A stretch of 63,465 nt of DNA, counting the filler, from Sphacelaria rigidula (taxonomy: Eukaryota): NCBI GenBank assembly GCA_964200075.2. It is 9 parts of 9 records of this genome, joined end to end, with 100 filler letters (N's around TTAATTAATTAA, not from the genome) between each part and the next. Parts side by side here need not be neighbours in the genome. Positions count along the whole stretch, not along the records: positions 1 to 6,963 come from CAXNAA020017175.1; positions 7,064 to 14,026 come from CAXNAA020017176.1; 7 more parts are not named here. One strand, given 5' to 3'. Shown here in pieces: positions 1-12,438 of this stretch. Under the pieces are notes generated by a model. The model saw only the letters and a list, made by a program, of their open reading frames with translations, made no database searches and was not told the origin of the DNA. Numbering within the stretch: the first letter of the stretch is position 1; each line of letters opens with the position of its first letter. The position numbers and the translations under genes were made by a program.

Positions 1-481
1 AGGCCGCTTCTCATAGACTGAAAAAAAAAACTGTGAAAACTGCCCTTTTGAACCTTTCATCACGGATTATTGGCGGAGTACGGGCCTTTGGCGGATTTGG
101 CCTCCTCGGAAAGATTTGCCATATTTTTCACGAGGATTTTCACCGCGCTGGTCCGATCTTTCGTACTCCCAGTTTTACTCTTGGCTGGATTCTGGATTTT
201 TTCAGTCGCCGCGAAAATCGTCCATTTGTCGGGAAAAACACGTACTTTTCCCCGACAACTCGAAGTTTTTTCAGGGTGTCTGAAAAAATCCAGAATCTGG
301 CCAAGAGTAAACCGGGAGCACGAAAGATCGGACAAGCGCGCTGGTATCCTCGTGAAAAATATAGCAAATGTTTCCGAGGAAGCCAAATCCGCCAAGGCCC
401 GTATTTCGCTAATAATTCGTGATGAAAGGTTCAAAAGGGCAGTCCTCAGAGAGTTTTTTTTCAGTCTATAAGAAGCGGCCT
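1..481. mobile_element. Foldback/MITE-like element: ~480-bp imperfect palindrome
   Basis: The 5' end AGGCCGCTTCTCATAGACTGAAAAAAAA is the reverse complement of TTTTTTTTCAGTCTATAAGAAGCGGCCT ending at 481. Pairing continues to a centre near 240 (TTGTCGGGAAAA...TTTTCCCCGACAA). The mirrored ORFs on the two strands reflect this symmetry. Confidence 0.8.
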
Positions 482-1457
482 GAGAAGAAAAAAGAAAGAC
501 TTGCAGAAAAAAGAAACGGAACAGAAAATCAATCAAAGACAAAATAGACTTGAGCTAGTGAGAAAAGGCTTGTGAGAAAAAAAGCTAGTGAGAAAAAACC
601 AGTGAAACACAGGAAATCGCGTCGCTAGAAATATCTTGTTTTTTATGTATATTTACTTCGGTCACAATTTTACGTTTGATATTACCACTTCCTTGCGTTT
701 GTGTTTGATATCACCACTTCCTCGGAGTGTGATACGTCGTCTCAATAGATCGACCTGTCTCTCTCACCCAAATATTACCCGAACCTAATAGTTAAGTGCG
801 AGAATCAATCAATCGATCGATCTAACGGTCCTTCACGCGACGTCATCATGGCTTCGTTGATACCGTCGAAGTAAAACACGAATGTGTGACCGAATCCAGG
901 GAAAATCGGATAAATCAGCACCATGAAGGGCGAAACAAACATTGCTAGATGACTGTAAGGTGAGTTGAAGGGGTCACTCGGTATACGAGTACAAAACATG
1001 ACCGACAGAGGTCCGAATCCGTCAGTGGTGCGGTGTTGGTACGCGCTTTTTCTCATCGTATTGTCGCGGAGTGGATCAGCATGCTCCGTACCGCGTCGGC
1101 TTTCGAAAAATGAAAATTCATTTGTCACCGTAGTCACGTCCTCACGTCATCAAATTATCGACAGAAATCAGACATTTGGGGGAAACAAAAGCCTCTCATC
1201 TCAACACACTTTTGCCCAGATTCGAGAACTCGAAATCTTCCGCGTCAACTGTTTCCGGTTGGACCACTTATACCACCGGGGAACCACGGCTTATCTTAGT
1301 AGTGCTTGAACGACACGATATTTCCCGTCGAAGAAATTGAGATTGAAAGATGTGTGACCGGGAGGGTGATATCCCCCGTGATGAATACACTACTGTTGTC
1401 ATAGCCTGAAATGTCGGGCGTGATTTTGACACGCGAATATTTTGCGGCGCGTTGCAG

Positions 1458-1528
1458 CGCTCTGTGCAATGTCGTTGGTAGAGCGCAGTATCCGTCAATG
1501 GGTCTCACAAGACGTTCTTCGGGCGGAG
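1458..1528 (+). CDS. Possible upstream exon of the SHPRH-like gene
   Basis: ttgcag|...GAG|gtagg boundaries; encodes LCAMSLVERSIRQWVSQDVLRAE and ends in phase 0, compatible with the 1867 exon. No recognised motif. Confidence 0.35.
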
Positions 1529-1866
1529 GTAGGTTGGACCTTCTGTTTCCCGAAATATTATGGGGTGCTTGAGTTGAGGTCAAAATTTGGGGTAAGGAAA
1601 AGAGGAGGTGAGGTCACTCTGTATACAGATTGAGATGTATGACCCAGTTCACTCGAGGTAGCGCATGTTCGGGTCTCAACCTGTGGTCTATATGGGCGTG
1701 CGCTCTCCTCTTAGTGCACATACGTCCCTATTCACTTATATTATTTTGTCTCGAGTATGTAATTGTCATCTTGATTTTCATTTCCATGCTCATTTTGTAG
1801 TTGCGAGTGCTCTTGCAGTTTCATGTTCATCTTTTTTTTTTCTCGTTTTTTTTTTTTTAAATTCAG

Positions 1867-2003
1867 GAGGCGCACGATCGGCGAAAGAGCGTGCTGCGTG
1901 CACTAGAGGCGCTCAGCACGGAACCCGGCCCTATGAAGATTCACACCAATAGCAACTGCAGGAGGTGCAGAGCGGATTGGGGCAAAACCGGACCCGTGTG
2001 CGG
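1867..2003 (+). CDS. SHPRH: Exon of an SHPRH-like SNF2/RING E3 ligase (partial gene)
   Basis: Polypyrimidine tract + cag|GAG...TGC GG|gtgag. Encodes EAHDRRKSVLRALEALSTEPGPMKIHTNSNCRRCRADWGKTGPVC(G). Splices in frame to 3182, giving CxxC...GPVCxHC, which resembles the conserved SHPRH motif. Confidence 0.6.
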
Positions 2004-3181
2004 GTGAGAGAAGGGTTGCTGTGAAACTTCATCTTGTGTGGACAAATCATGGTGTGGAGTTTGTAGAGCTTTGTTGATGGGATGCGGGATACATTGCCCC
2101 CTCAAGATCGGTACAAATGCGATGGGTCGGTTTGGCGAAGCCGACGAACACGCTATTTTACATAGTTTCATGAACAAAAATGAACGGATGGATATCGTAG
2201 CCTCGTTGAGTGGTCAAGTTGATAAAACGCTGTCGAAGGTTACAATCAATGTAAATCTCGTTGTCTTTTTTTGCCTTACAGTACTCGGTTTGTTTTTGCA
2301 CGCGCTGTTGTCTCTCGTTCGTCAGTCTGGATTTCCACCTGTTGTGCGGCGTGTAGAATGTTTCGCCGACCACATTCTTTTTTCCATCCTCTGTGTGTGA
2401 CCTGTGACTTGTAAGTGGGCGTATCGCTGTGGTGTTGCTCTTCCTTTTTTTCTTTTCTTGGATCTCCTTCGGTCGCCGTGTGTGCCTTGCGCTCTGCCGA
2501 AGCGCGCCATGTGCAGGTGAAATAAATCGATTTCTGCGCCTGCAGGCTCAAGAGAAAATCCACGGGTACCTGATGGGTGCCACTACTACTAGCATGTATT
2601 GCCGAGGTGGCTTACCCATCATTTCACGGTTCGGACGAATCATGGCCGGTCCGAATCACCAAATGCACGATTTCTTAGGCTTGATGGCTCGAAAGAGATG
2701 AAAAAAAGTCGACCGCTGGCCAAACAGATTTCTACGCAACTTTTGCGCCATTCCACGTGCCTGGGCTGCGCGTATCTGGGTTGCAACGCTGAAAACAAAG
2801 CGCTGGGCTTGATCCGTACGGTACGAATCAATTACACTAAAATCAAGTATTTTCCGGACGAATCATTAAGTCGTCCGACCCTTGCATCATTTCGTCCTCC
2901 TTGGCTTCGGCGTTGCTATTGTGTGTTCGACTGTAGTCTTCACGCCCGAGGTGGTGCGAATCAGTGAAATACAGGGGAAGAGAAAAAGCTCACAGAAACC
3001 GTCCTCGTTTAGTGTTTCATTTATTGTGCATTTCAAGACTTCATGTGACCCTAATGTTTACTCAACTGGTTCCCGTCGTCGTCGTCGTCGTTTTAGTTTC
3101 TTTGTGCTGACCTCTTCACGTGTGTACATGTGCCTGCGCGTATAACTTAAATTTTCTCGCAATCGAATCTTCGCAAACAAG

Positions 3182-3331
3182 GCACTGCAAGCTGGAAGTG
3201 GAGATAGACAAGTGGGAGAGCTGCGTCGTATACTTCCGAAGGCCCCACAAGGACGCCGATTCGGACCTCTTCGGGTTAGGAAGTGCAGGAGGAGGGGGGG
3301 CAGCATCGTTTTCTTTGGCGTCGCCCTCCGG
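3182..3331 (+). CDS. SHPRH: Exon of the SHPRH-like protein (partial gene)
   Basis: aag|G CAC TGC AAG...TCC GG|gtagg. Encodes HCKLEVEIDKWESCVVYFRRPHKD..., phase-compatible with the 1867-2003 exon. Confidence 0.6.
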
Positions 3332-6300
3332 GTAGGCAACGAGCCGAGGTTGTTACGCTTGTTTCATCAAGAGAACATGTGACGATGAAGAAAACACCGT
3401 TCTGCGTGTACCAGATCATGTTCCATGCCCAAGCACGCCTACACGCGTGCGTCGGGGGATATCGTTTTTCCCGCATGGGTTTGGAAATATTTGTTTTTTG
3501 GAATGGATCTTTCATCCTGTCGGGTTATTGGCCCGGTGCATCACTGGAGTATGATTGTCTCGCTCCAAGAAGGGACCCGGCTTGTCAGCAATATCCGTGT
3601 TATCCTCCACACGCTAGTGGGTCACAGATGTGACCCACTAGGCTATTGTCCACAACCCCTTCTTTTCAGAATCTCAATTCAGTACAGATAGATGGCGTCG
3701 ACTCGCGTTGTGGAAGAGAATTGCCAGGAGCACCATTCCCACCTCACCCGCAGCTACAAGTTGTTGCGTTGCTGTGCCAAGTCGGGGTTTACGACAAGTT
3801 ACTCGGGCATACGTTCGTTGCACTTCACTCGTACGACTAGCTGTAGGAAGGGATTGACTAACCGTTTGGTGATCGCTCTATTAAGAGCAATTCTCGGCGT
3901 CCCCTAGGAATAAGTCGCGTGGTCTCTGGTGAAATAACAGAGGTATGCCCACTGTGGCACCCCCCCATCTCCCCCCGCTGCCCATCCGACCGCCCTCTCC
4001 TGCGCAGACGCCCAACCTCGTTCCCAGCCCAGAGTTGTGTTGTTCCTATGGTCCAGATATTGTTGGCCTTGAAGTTATAAATCTTATTGTGACATTTTCT
4101 CTCTTGCGCTTTGTGACATGTCGTACATTGACGGATGACTCAGGCCATGTCTCCTTTGTGTCTGTACTTGTTGTTTCATACGTTTGATTTTTCAATGGTT
4201 ACCAATCCACGCCCTCCTCCGACATGCCAATCCAATCTCCACCGGCCGTCGATATTTTCGTCGAATCTATTCCTCTGTCCCAGCTGACGTTTTGCCCCAA
4301 CGTGAATCGATGCGCCTCGTGATAACAGGCCCTTGGCGGCTGACGCGGGAGCCAACAACGCCTACCAGGGACAAACATTCAAGGTCGGTGTCATTGTTTT
4401 GCCCGTCACGTTTTTTTTATGACTTAATAATTTACAGCAAGGAAGGGTCTTGTGCCACTTCGTGCTGGCCACAACCTGTTTGCTTTTACTGCAAGTCACA
4501 GTAGTCCCCCGCACAACTAGTGATGACGTTGGGAAAATGAAAGGAGGCCGTGTGCAAACTTGCCGTGCGTGGGCCATGTATTAAACACGGTTGATGACTC
4601 GGCCCATTGCATGAGTCGGTTTCTTGTCTTCCACGCATGGTCCAGTCTTCTTCCAGCATAGTCCCAAAGGGCCCCACTTATTTGAAGCTCGCCACGTTCC
4701 CGCCATGTTCCATGTTTTGAAACGTTCCTCACGTCGGACAGATCATGATCCGTCTGAAAACTACTTATTCTCAGTACGGGTATACTGGTCCAAATTATAA
4801 TACGGATCATTTGGCCCCCCTTTTCTATGTTTGCTCCTTACAGCGCCGGACGCTGAGCACGCAGAGTAGCGCAAGGGTTGCACTTTGGCTTTTCTGACTC
4901 CGCGGTCACATATTTTGTGTTTTTGGATCAACGGATTACAGAGTCTTCTTTGATTAGTTATGTCAGACAGATCACAATATGTCCGACGTGTGAAACGCTC
5001 GACCGCGCAGATGTCAACTTCATTTTTTCAGTTTCATAGATGCTACACATTGCGAAGTCTTCGATTACCACTTTTTTTTTCCACCTGCCGTTGATTCCGC
5101 AGTATATATTCCCGATCACCTCGCAGTCATCAGCCGGTTTGGGTTGAGGTTTGTAGCTGTGCACGTGATGTGTTCCAAGGTCTGCATGTTTTCAGATGAC
5201 TGTACTTGACAGCGATACAAAGGGGTTATCCACGTCAACGCCAGTCAGACCTGTCGTCGACGATGCTGACTTTTACCTGCGCGCGTTGTAGGTGTCGCCT
5301 TGAAGCGTACGTGGGATCGCGATCGCGGAGTCATGTTTGCAATCAATTGGTCGAGCCCGGCATAATAAATTTAAAAGAAATGCAGCGCGTTTTGAGCCAG
5401 CCCAATAGTTAGTGATGATTTCAAGTGTTTTTTTATCTCTGTTGATTGATTTCACATATTGAATTGGCAATATCTGCATAGATTTTCAATTTTGGTAGCG
5501 GATAGTGGGCACATTTATATCTCTAAAGTAAGCGTATATAATGCCAGCCTCGAGCAGGTTTTGTGCCGAGTGCACGTACATGGCAAATTCGGGTGGGAGA
5601 CCTCGCCTGCGTTTTGCGCACCGAAATCGAGGCCTCGAGTTGGCCCTCATCCCTACAAATTTTCATTCGAGAATTTCCATTTGGCTGTGCTCGAGCCAGA
5701 GCACTGTTTTTCAAAAAGGTCCACTGGACTATCCGATCTTGCAAAGTAGCTCGTCACTCTGGAAACGTTCCGAGCGTTAATGCTATGGTTTATGCTTTGT
5801 GTCTGTTTTGGTTCTCATAACGTTTGGAGGGCGCGTCGGGTAAGGTATACCCGATTTTGTGATATTTTGAAAAGTCGCACATCACCTGCCTAAGCCAGTC
5901 ATGATGACTTGTATGGATTTTAGAGAGCACTGGACTGGTTGCTACTTTGGGCATGGGTCGGAAGTTCACTTTTCCCAATATAGCAATATCGGGTAAACCT
6001 TCACCGACACGCCCTTGGAACGTTCTGTATTTGGTGCCATGGTGGGTCACCCGTTGAATGGGCATTATTTTCACTTGAAAAGTGAAATAGGAGACCGAGG
6101 TGGTGCATCTCGGCGATCGAAGGGTTTTACCGGCTTAGGATCATCGCTACAGAATGAGAAATCCGTTGCAAAGTGCAAACCGTCTCCAAGAGGGCTATGA
6201 GGAACAACATCTAAGAATGTTGCAGGAGGAGATATACTACTGCGGAGAAGGCAGACTTGATCTTTCGTCCGGGCACCAGAAGCAGCGCGGCGCAGTGAGT

Positions 6301-6633
6301 GGCGATCAGCTTCCGGGACACGCTTCTTGTCCGAGCGATGACGGGTGCCGTTAGATGTATGTCGGAGATCGAACGCGACAGGGATGATGCCAACGAAATA
6401 GCATCACCCCTGGTCGATTCTGGCGAGTTGGCGCTGGCGAGTTGGCGCTGTTTCGTGGCCCCCACCTCACCCGCGTCCTGCACCTGGCATAGATCTAACG
6501 GCGGCTTCCTTCATCGCTCGGAGAAGGAGCTTGTCCTGGCATCCAAAATCCCCAACCTCCGGTGCAGCGGTGTTCTCCACCTAAAACATCCCTTCGCATT
6601 CCTCTCCGTCCTCTTGCAAAATATCGGCGTTAA

Positions 6634-6667
<34 letters not shown>

Positions 6668-6963
6668 CTGGTCCTGGTGTGAATTTTGCGATCAAGTAGC
6701 AATGGCCCTGAGCCGGCCATGATCCTGCGACATCATTACGTACAGCCTTTATCTATTTCCCTGCTCATGGCTGCGCGCTATGTTCACGAGCACACCACCG
6801 GTCTTCTCGTCTTTTTTCCGAGGGGGGTGGGTGTACTGTACAGCGTCTACAACGAGCTGGGCCGACTGAAATGTAAACTAGGGTGGGAGGAGGAGGGGGG
6901 GGGGGGGTAAAGGTGTGTTGCTTGGGTTGGTCATTTGTAGATTGGACAAGAAGGCCTTTCGGG

Positions 6964-7063
6964 NNNNNNNNNNNNNNNNNNNNNNNNNNNNNNNNNNNNN
7001 NNNNNNNTTAATTAATTAANNNNNNNNNNNNNNNNNNNNNNNNNNNNNNNNNNNNNNNNNNNN
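6964..7063. other. Artificial contig linker (N44-TTAATTAATTAA-N44); same linker at 14027-14126, 21090-21189, 28153-28252, 35216-35315, 42279-42378, 49342-49441 and 56404-56503
   Basis: Identical 100-nt N blocks carrying a six-frame stop cassette, spaced every 7063 or 7062 bp. Confidence 0.97.
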
Positions 7064-8038
7064 AAGCGCCGTGGTGTGTTCGGCGAGTCGCATGAGGGGT
7101 GAGCTTCATCCCGCTAAGATTGTTCGGCCCGAAACCTACTGACTATATTTCATTTGAATGTCAGCCTACAATGCGTTGCTTTGTTTTCTGGTATCGCCAC
7201 TCCCAGAGACAGCCATGGTATATACACTGCCTCATGGGTGTCTCAATATTTCAACACTACGTAGTACGATCATCCTCATTGTGCGGAGTTGAGGTTCTCC
7301 CACGCTGCACAGCATGACCTAGGTCGACCACCATCATGGTTACCGCAAAAAAACGCAAGCGCGCAAAAGAATCGGTAACCTGGTTGCCTAGCTTACGCAG
7401 TGAGTGGCGTGCTTCGTAGCGTCATCGTCAACCGACGCCAACCCCATATGAGGTCCGCCCCTACAAAGCCGGGACGGAGTACGTCGGGTTCCCGCCGGAC
7501 CAGGAGGGGGGGGAGGGGGGGGGCTTCAGAGTAGTCGTTGGTTAACCCTGTCAGCTGAAGAGAAAAAAAATAGACATACTCTCGGAGTCACCATCGGGCG
7601 TCTACCTACGCCCATGTGGTTATCTTTCCCCTGTACAGACGACTTGCGGGCAGAACTTTTCTACTCGCAACAGTTAGTATGTGGGCGGCGCTAAAACGAA
7701 ATAAGAAGTCAGATGCAGATACGTACTGCACTGTGTAAATTGACCGTGTGCGGTTCCGATATTACAACGAATATTGTGGCATCGTTTTAGACGATCTTGA
7801 CACCAAATGCTCATGCCCTTTTTTAAATATTTTTAATCTCGCGAGCAGAGTTAGAGTTCAAAGATTGTGGCCTGAGAAAAGGCCATACACGGTAGATATT
7901 GAGCCATCATTTGATACAACTGCTGTAGTAGCATAGTTGGCAGGTATCGTAACCTGCAAATGTCATACTTTCACTTTTGTACGCCCCGTCTACTCCTGTT
8001 CACCACTGTATATATGTATGTACGCGTGTTTGTCTCAC

Positions 8039-8206
8039 CGCCAGATTGTCAGGCAGCTCGGTTCGCCCCGCGTAGCCAGGGTTCATGGTGATGATGACGT
8101 GGTGGTCCTTCAGGGCGATCTGCACCCCCATAAAGTTTATGTCGGGCTTTCCCATCACCCGCCCTTCACGCAACACCAGAAGCTGCTGAGCGATGACGGA
8201 TAGAAC
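8039..8206 (-). CDS. Axonemal dynein heavy chain exon (AAA1 C-terminal part; inner-arm DNAH6-like)
   Basis: cag|GTT...GCG|gtgag, 168 nt. Encodes VLSVIAQQLLVLREGRVMGKPDINFMGVQIALKDHHVIITMNPGYAGRTELPDNLA, including the dynein signature ITMNPGYAGRTELPDNL. Confidence 0.95.
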
Positions 8207-8555
8207 CTGTGTAGTACCACAGCACGTGGGAGGCACGTGGGGGGAAGTAAAACAGATTGTGGCAGTGAGAAAATAAGTTGGACTTGAGAAATGTTGATGA
8301 AAACGGCAAAAATCACGAGTACAACGAAAATGATGGTGAAAAACAACTCGTTTTCCTTTTGTCATATTGTGTGAACTGTTCGCGAATCACCGGACTCCCG
8401 CTTTTTACTACCCGTACGGTAATACGTTTATTTTACTTTTGTCCATCATTCTGACAAAACTTAATTTTTTTCGGTGCTCCTACGAATAGTATCTCCCTCC
8501 TGAGAAGACTTATTTCTTCCCCACCAAAAGTATCCAATACGATAAATGATGAGGC

Positions 8556-8722
8556 ATGGCACGATTCGATACGACACGACCCCGCTCGAAACTTTTTGAT
8601 CCAATCCAATGATGGGATACGACACGGTACGACATGGTACGATACGGTACGATCGACACAACGCGATGTGATATCGTGGGATTCAGTGCTGTTCGATACG
8701 ATTCGACACCATACGATATGGG
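8556..8722. repeat. Degenerate pentamer array (GATAC/GACAC/GGTAC)
   Basis: gatac gacac ggtac gacat ggtac gatac ggtac..., on the same contig just upstream of the 8039-8206 dynein exon, inside the intron. Confidence 0.6.
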
Positions 8723-9255
8723 TATGTGGTATGACCCAACAGCGGCTTGGAGGCAATTGACGTACATGGAAATAGACAACGGGTCGGACGCAACCACCCA
8801 AAGTAATTATGTTGAACGTTTTAAATGACAAGGTGTTCTGGTTTCTAATTTGACAGGAATTGTAAATAATTCGAGCGGCGCAGAAAACGTACGTATGGCA
8901 TGACAAATTAGGAATATGGTCGGATGTGTAAAATCGTCACCCGTACGTGTAAAAACGGAGTTTTCGCCTCGCAGGTTTAATTCTGATGATGCGCAAAAGA
9001 ACGTCCCTGTAGAGGTGAAATATCTCCGAATGCTCGCAGTGCGAAAGGGTCAAAGATGAATGATGTTCTGTAGGGCTTATGAATTGGTTTCTGCTCGTGT
9101 GCACAGGTTCTCATGAAACTATCACCACTTCGATGCTGATCTGAGTGAATGCATTAAAACACAGCCGCAGGCCTGAACTACACGAAGGGTTTGAAGAAAA
9201 AGTGTCTCGACCTGTATACAGTGTCAGTTGTGGCTGAAAACACTCTTTGCTATAC

Positions 9256-9390
9256 CTCGATGTCGATCCGGTTGAATTCGTCGAGGCATACCCACGAGCC
9301 CCCCTGTGCAAGCCCCCTGAACAGCTTCCCCATCATCTTGTAGTCGATTTGATCGGAGCAGTTGAAAACTACGCACAGGATCCCTATCGC
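9256..9390 (-). CDS. Axonemal dynein heavy chain exon (AAA1 Walker B)
   Basis: cag|GCG...GAG|gtatag, 135 nt. Encodes AIGILCVVFNCSDQIDYKMMGKLFRGLAQGGSWVCLDEFNRIDIE. This frame is absent from the ORF track. Confidence 0.95.
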
Positions 9391-10212
9391 CTGATCATTG
9401 TCCATGCGTTTTTTTAATTAATCACAACAACAGCACGTCACCGTGTTGTGGAAGCAAACAAATAGCAGCGAAAACAAATGAGGAAAATTGTGTGGAGGGA
9501 ATTTTCGGTTTTCGCTCCGAGTAGCAACTGCGTTGTGTTCATATCACGCCGCGGATCGGAGTTTGTCAGATCGATGACGCATGTTCTTTATCCAATGTGT
9601 CAGTACAAGACTATGTGGTCTTCCATTGCCTAGGTCCTTGCGACAACAAACCAAAACGTACTGATCAATGGCCGTCTGCGTCTGCGGCAAGATCGTTCCG
9701 AGGCATGTTCCAAGAATTGCGTGTTAAAGAAGGGATAATGCCATCCAGCCACTGTCCGAGACTGAAGAAATAGAATTGCGAGGTATCTGAAACCTTGTAC
9801 TATTGTCTATCCGGTATCTCCGAGAACCTGGCTCACTAGATATGACTGATCATTGCCTGTATCCAAGCAGTCATCTTCGGTAGTGCACGTGGGAATCAAA
9901 CTCATAATCTCTTTACATACCAAGTTCAACAAGCACTCTGTGTAGGAAATCTGCGTTTAGTACTACAAGAAGTATAATCAAGACGTGTCTGTTCGATTTC
10001 CAATGTGCTTGATGCGTACTTGCATCCAAGAAGTCCTCGCAAGACTTTTGTGGACAAATGGCAAGTTGAAGGTTCAAAATGCTTACAACACAAGTGATGG
10101 ACACAACCAATATGCGAGAGAAAAGGCGGTATCTGCTGTCGGCCGTTACCCTCCAGTCACCCAGCGATACTCAGCAATCAGCAATATCATGGAACGTATT
10201 TGAATCGATGTA

Positions 10213-11347
10213 CAAGCTGGTTCACGGAAATGGCCCCAGATTTAGTCCACAGCGATTTCTCACGTCGTTTTTAGGAGTAAGCCCCTGACATTTTGCACAC
10301 ACATTCCACTCACCTATACGAAAAAACTACTTATTGGGTCAAATTTTTTTTTTTGCTTTTTCACCGGATTTCGAGGGTCCTAGTGGTCCCACGGAAAAGG
10401 TGGCCGTCTTGGGACCCCGTAAATCAGGTGAAGAAATCCGAAAATCAAATTGACCCAACAATACGTTTTTTCGTATGGTCTCCAAGGATACATGTGCGAA
10501 ATTTCAGAGCCTAACTCCTAAAATCAGCGTGAGAAATCGAGCAGCAGTGCCGTGAATTGTTATTTTAGCCGCGCCCCCCCCTAATTACTTGATTAAAGTA
10601 AAGAATTGCCCTTTTGGGGGGTTGTTTTCACGGTAGAAGATTCAACCGATTCAGTTTTTTGAGTTGAGCAACGAAAATTGGTACACATGTTCCTTGGGAT
10701 ACCACCTAAACCTACGATGTCAAAATTTTGGTAATGGGGCATTCTGTACCGGGCTCCTGGGGTCTTTATGCTGTGGGACCCCCGGAAGCCGGTAGAGAAT
10801 GGGAAAAAAATGAAATCTTGCCAAGAGTACAATTTTTCTATTTGGAGCATCAATACCTACGGAAATACCAAGTTTGAGGATGGTCTGAGCTTTTCTCCAA
10901 CAGGTAAAAGGGAAATCGTCTCGAGGCTCCGTGGGTCTTTCCTGGGTATCATGAGTGGAAATTAGACGACGCCAAAGCTCCATATCACCGAAACATTACG
11001 GTTTTGGGCAAAATTCGACCCCGTTGAAATCATTTTCAAATCTTTTTTTCCCGTTGGATTCCCGAGCTGATGACGGTTACTACGATTTGCACCGTGTGGA
11101 TTTTCGGTGGAAATTGGGCTTGGAATCCGTGTTTGAAATTTCGGAACAATTTGAAAGGCGCTGATTGGTCGAGACATGTTTTTGTCCATAGCGTCACCGC
11201 TGTAGCCTTAAACAAAAATCCGGCTATGTCACCCTTTTCGTATGTTTATTGCCGTCAGTATGATACCACATTTGTGCATATTGGCTGGGTATTGCGTTCG
11301 TCATTAGCTGTGGACTAAATTTGGGGTCATTTCCGTGAACCAGCTTG
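10213..11347. mobile_element. Non-autonomous Tc1/mariner-type DNA transposon (1135 bp) in a dynein intron
   Basis: 41-bp TIRs CAAGCTGGTTCACGGAAATGRCCCCARATTTAGTCCACAGC (2 mismatches) with TA on both sides (10211-12, 11348-49). Internal palindrome at ~10253-10540. No transposase ORF. Confidence 0.85.
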
Positions 11348-11399
11348 TAGTACAGTTCAAACACACACTACGGCACATCTACCTCGAATACCCTTTCAC

Positions 11400-11532
11400 C
11401 TTCGCCAGATCTTTGGACGTTTCCGTCTTGCCGGTCCCCGCGGGCCCTGCTGGTGCGGCGCCCAGCTTGAGCTCGTAAGACCCCGTCAACGTCAGCCAGC
11501 ATCGATCCGTCAGTGGCGTGATCACCAATCGA
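11400..11532 (-). CDS. Axonemal dynein heavy chain exon (AAA1 P-loop)
   Basis: tag|T CGA...AAG|gtgaa. Encodes (S)[44 protein letters not shown] with the Walker A motif GPAGTGKT. Confidence 0.96.
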
Positions 11533-12307
11533 CTATTCTCGTGACGACGATGAAAAAAGAACATAACAAAATGTTTTTCGTGTGTGGATGATGGGTGTTA
11601 CTTGAAGAAGAGCGGCTGTAACCCTTTCCGGAGGAACCGGACTTGACTAACGAGCGAAACACTTGCTGGTTTAAACGGCTAAGGAGTTGAATATAAAGTA
11701 AGTGGCGAGTAGCGAGCGGGAGGGAGGAAGTTTGAGGATACAGTGCATGCGGCGCGACGTTTTCATCGAACGTAGTACAGATGCTTCAACGTAGGGTACG
11801 GGCTCTATCCACCGCCGGTTGGCTTTTTGTTCAGTGCAGAATGCAAAACGCTGACGTCCAAGCCCTTCTCTCAACCCAGATTTTGAACACAGAACGAACG
11901 GGAAGGCCATTACGCCTGCACACGAGTAATCGTGGACGCAGACGACATCTTCGTTGACCACCACACCAACGCGGTGCAACAGGTATCAGATGGTGGATTA
12001 TCGGAGAAGCAGGTGGAGAAGGTGTTATGCTGTTGTCCACTGGCTATCATGCAACTTACTACTGTTTACTGCTTCCTGCTTTTTGCATGTCATGCTGCCA
12101 TTTGTTTTTCGTAAAATGATTTCTGCACCATGACTTGCCAAAATCAGATGCACACCTGGATTGCGACGCGATTACGCACCGATGCACTACTTGTTTCCTT
12201 ACATCAAATTTGCATGCAGGCTAGGAAAGGGTGCCGAATGAGGAACCAGCACGCAAGTAAATGGTGTTTATTTCCGCCGATCACGAATAATTAATCGCAT
12301 AGCTTAC

Positions 12308-12438
12308 CTGGTTGCGCCCATGTATTCGTAGCCGTATCGCACTTTGGCGTCCGAATGTCGGATAAGGCAATCGTCCAAATCCATGTCCCAGTAGTAGCGA
12401 AGCTGCTGTTGCCAGGTGAAGTTTTGAAGGGAATCCAC
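12308..12438 (-). CDS. Axonemal dynein heavy chain exon (linker/AAA1 start)
   Basis: cag|GTG...ACC AG|gtaag. Encodes VDSLQNFTWQQQLRYYWDMDLDDCLIRHSDAKVRYGYEYMGAT; phase 2 matches the next exon. Confidence 0.95.

Noticed and set aside
33..542. Overlapping 129-160 aa ORFs on both strands
   Set aside because: They are mirror-image products of the palindrome, with no protein motifs.
3614..3641. Perfect 13-bp hairpin CTAGTGGGTCACA-GA-TGTGACCCACTAG as a terminator
   Set aside because: There is no U-tract, it is eukaryotic intronic/intergenic DNA, and no function can be supported.
5500..6900. Possible coding region or Copia linker on the minus strand with a (CAG)n run
   Set aside because: Multiple stops and no recognisable motif; possibly a decayed TE, but it cannot be assigned.
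7008..7019. TTAATTAATTAA repeated at regular ~7-kb spacing
   Set aside because: It is an artificial stop-codon linker inside N gaps, not a biological periodic signal.
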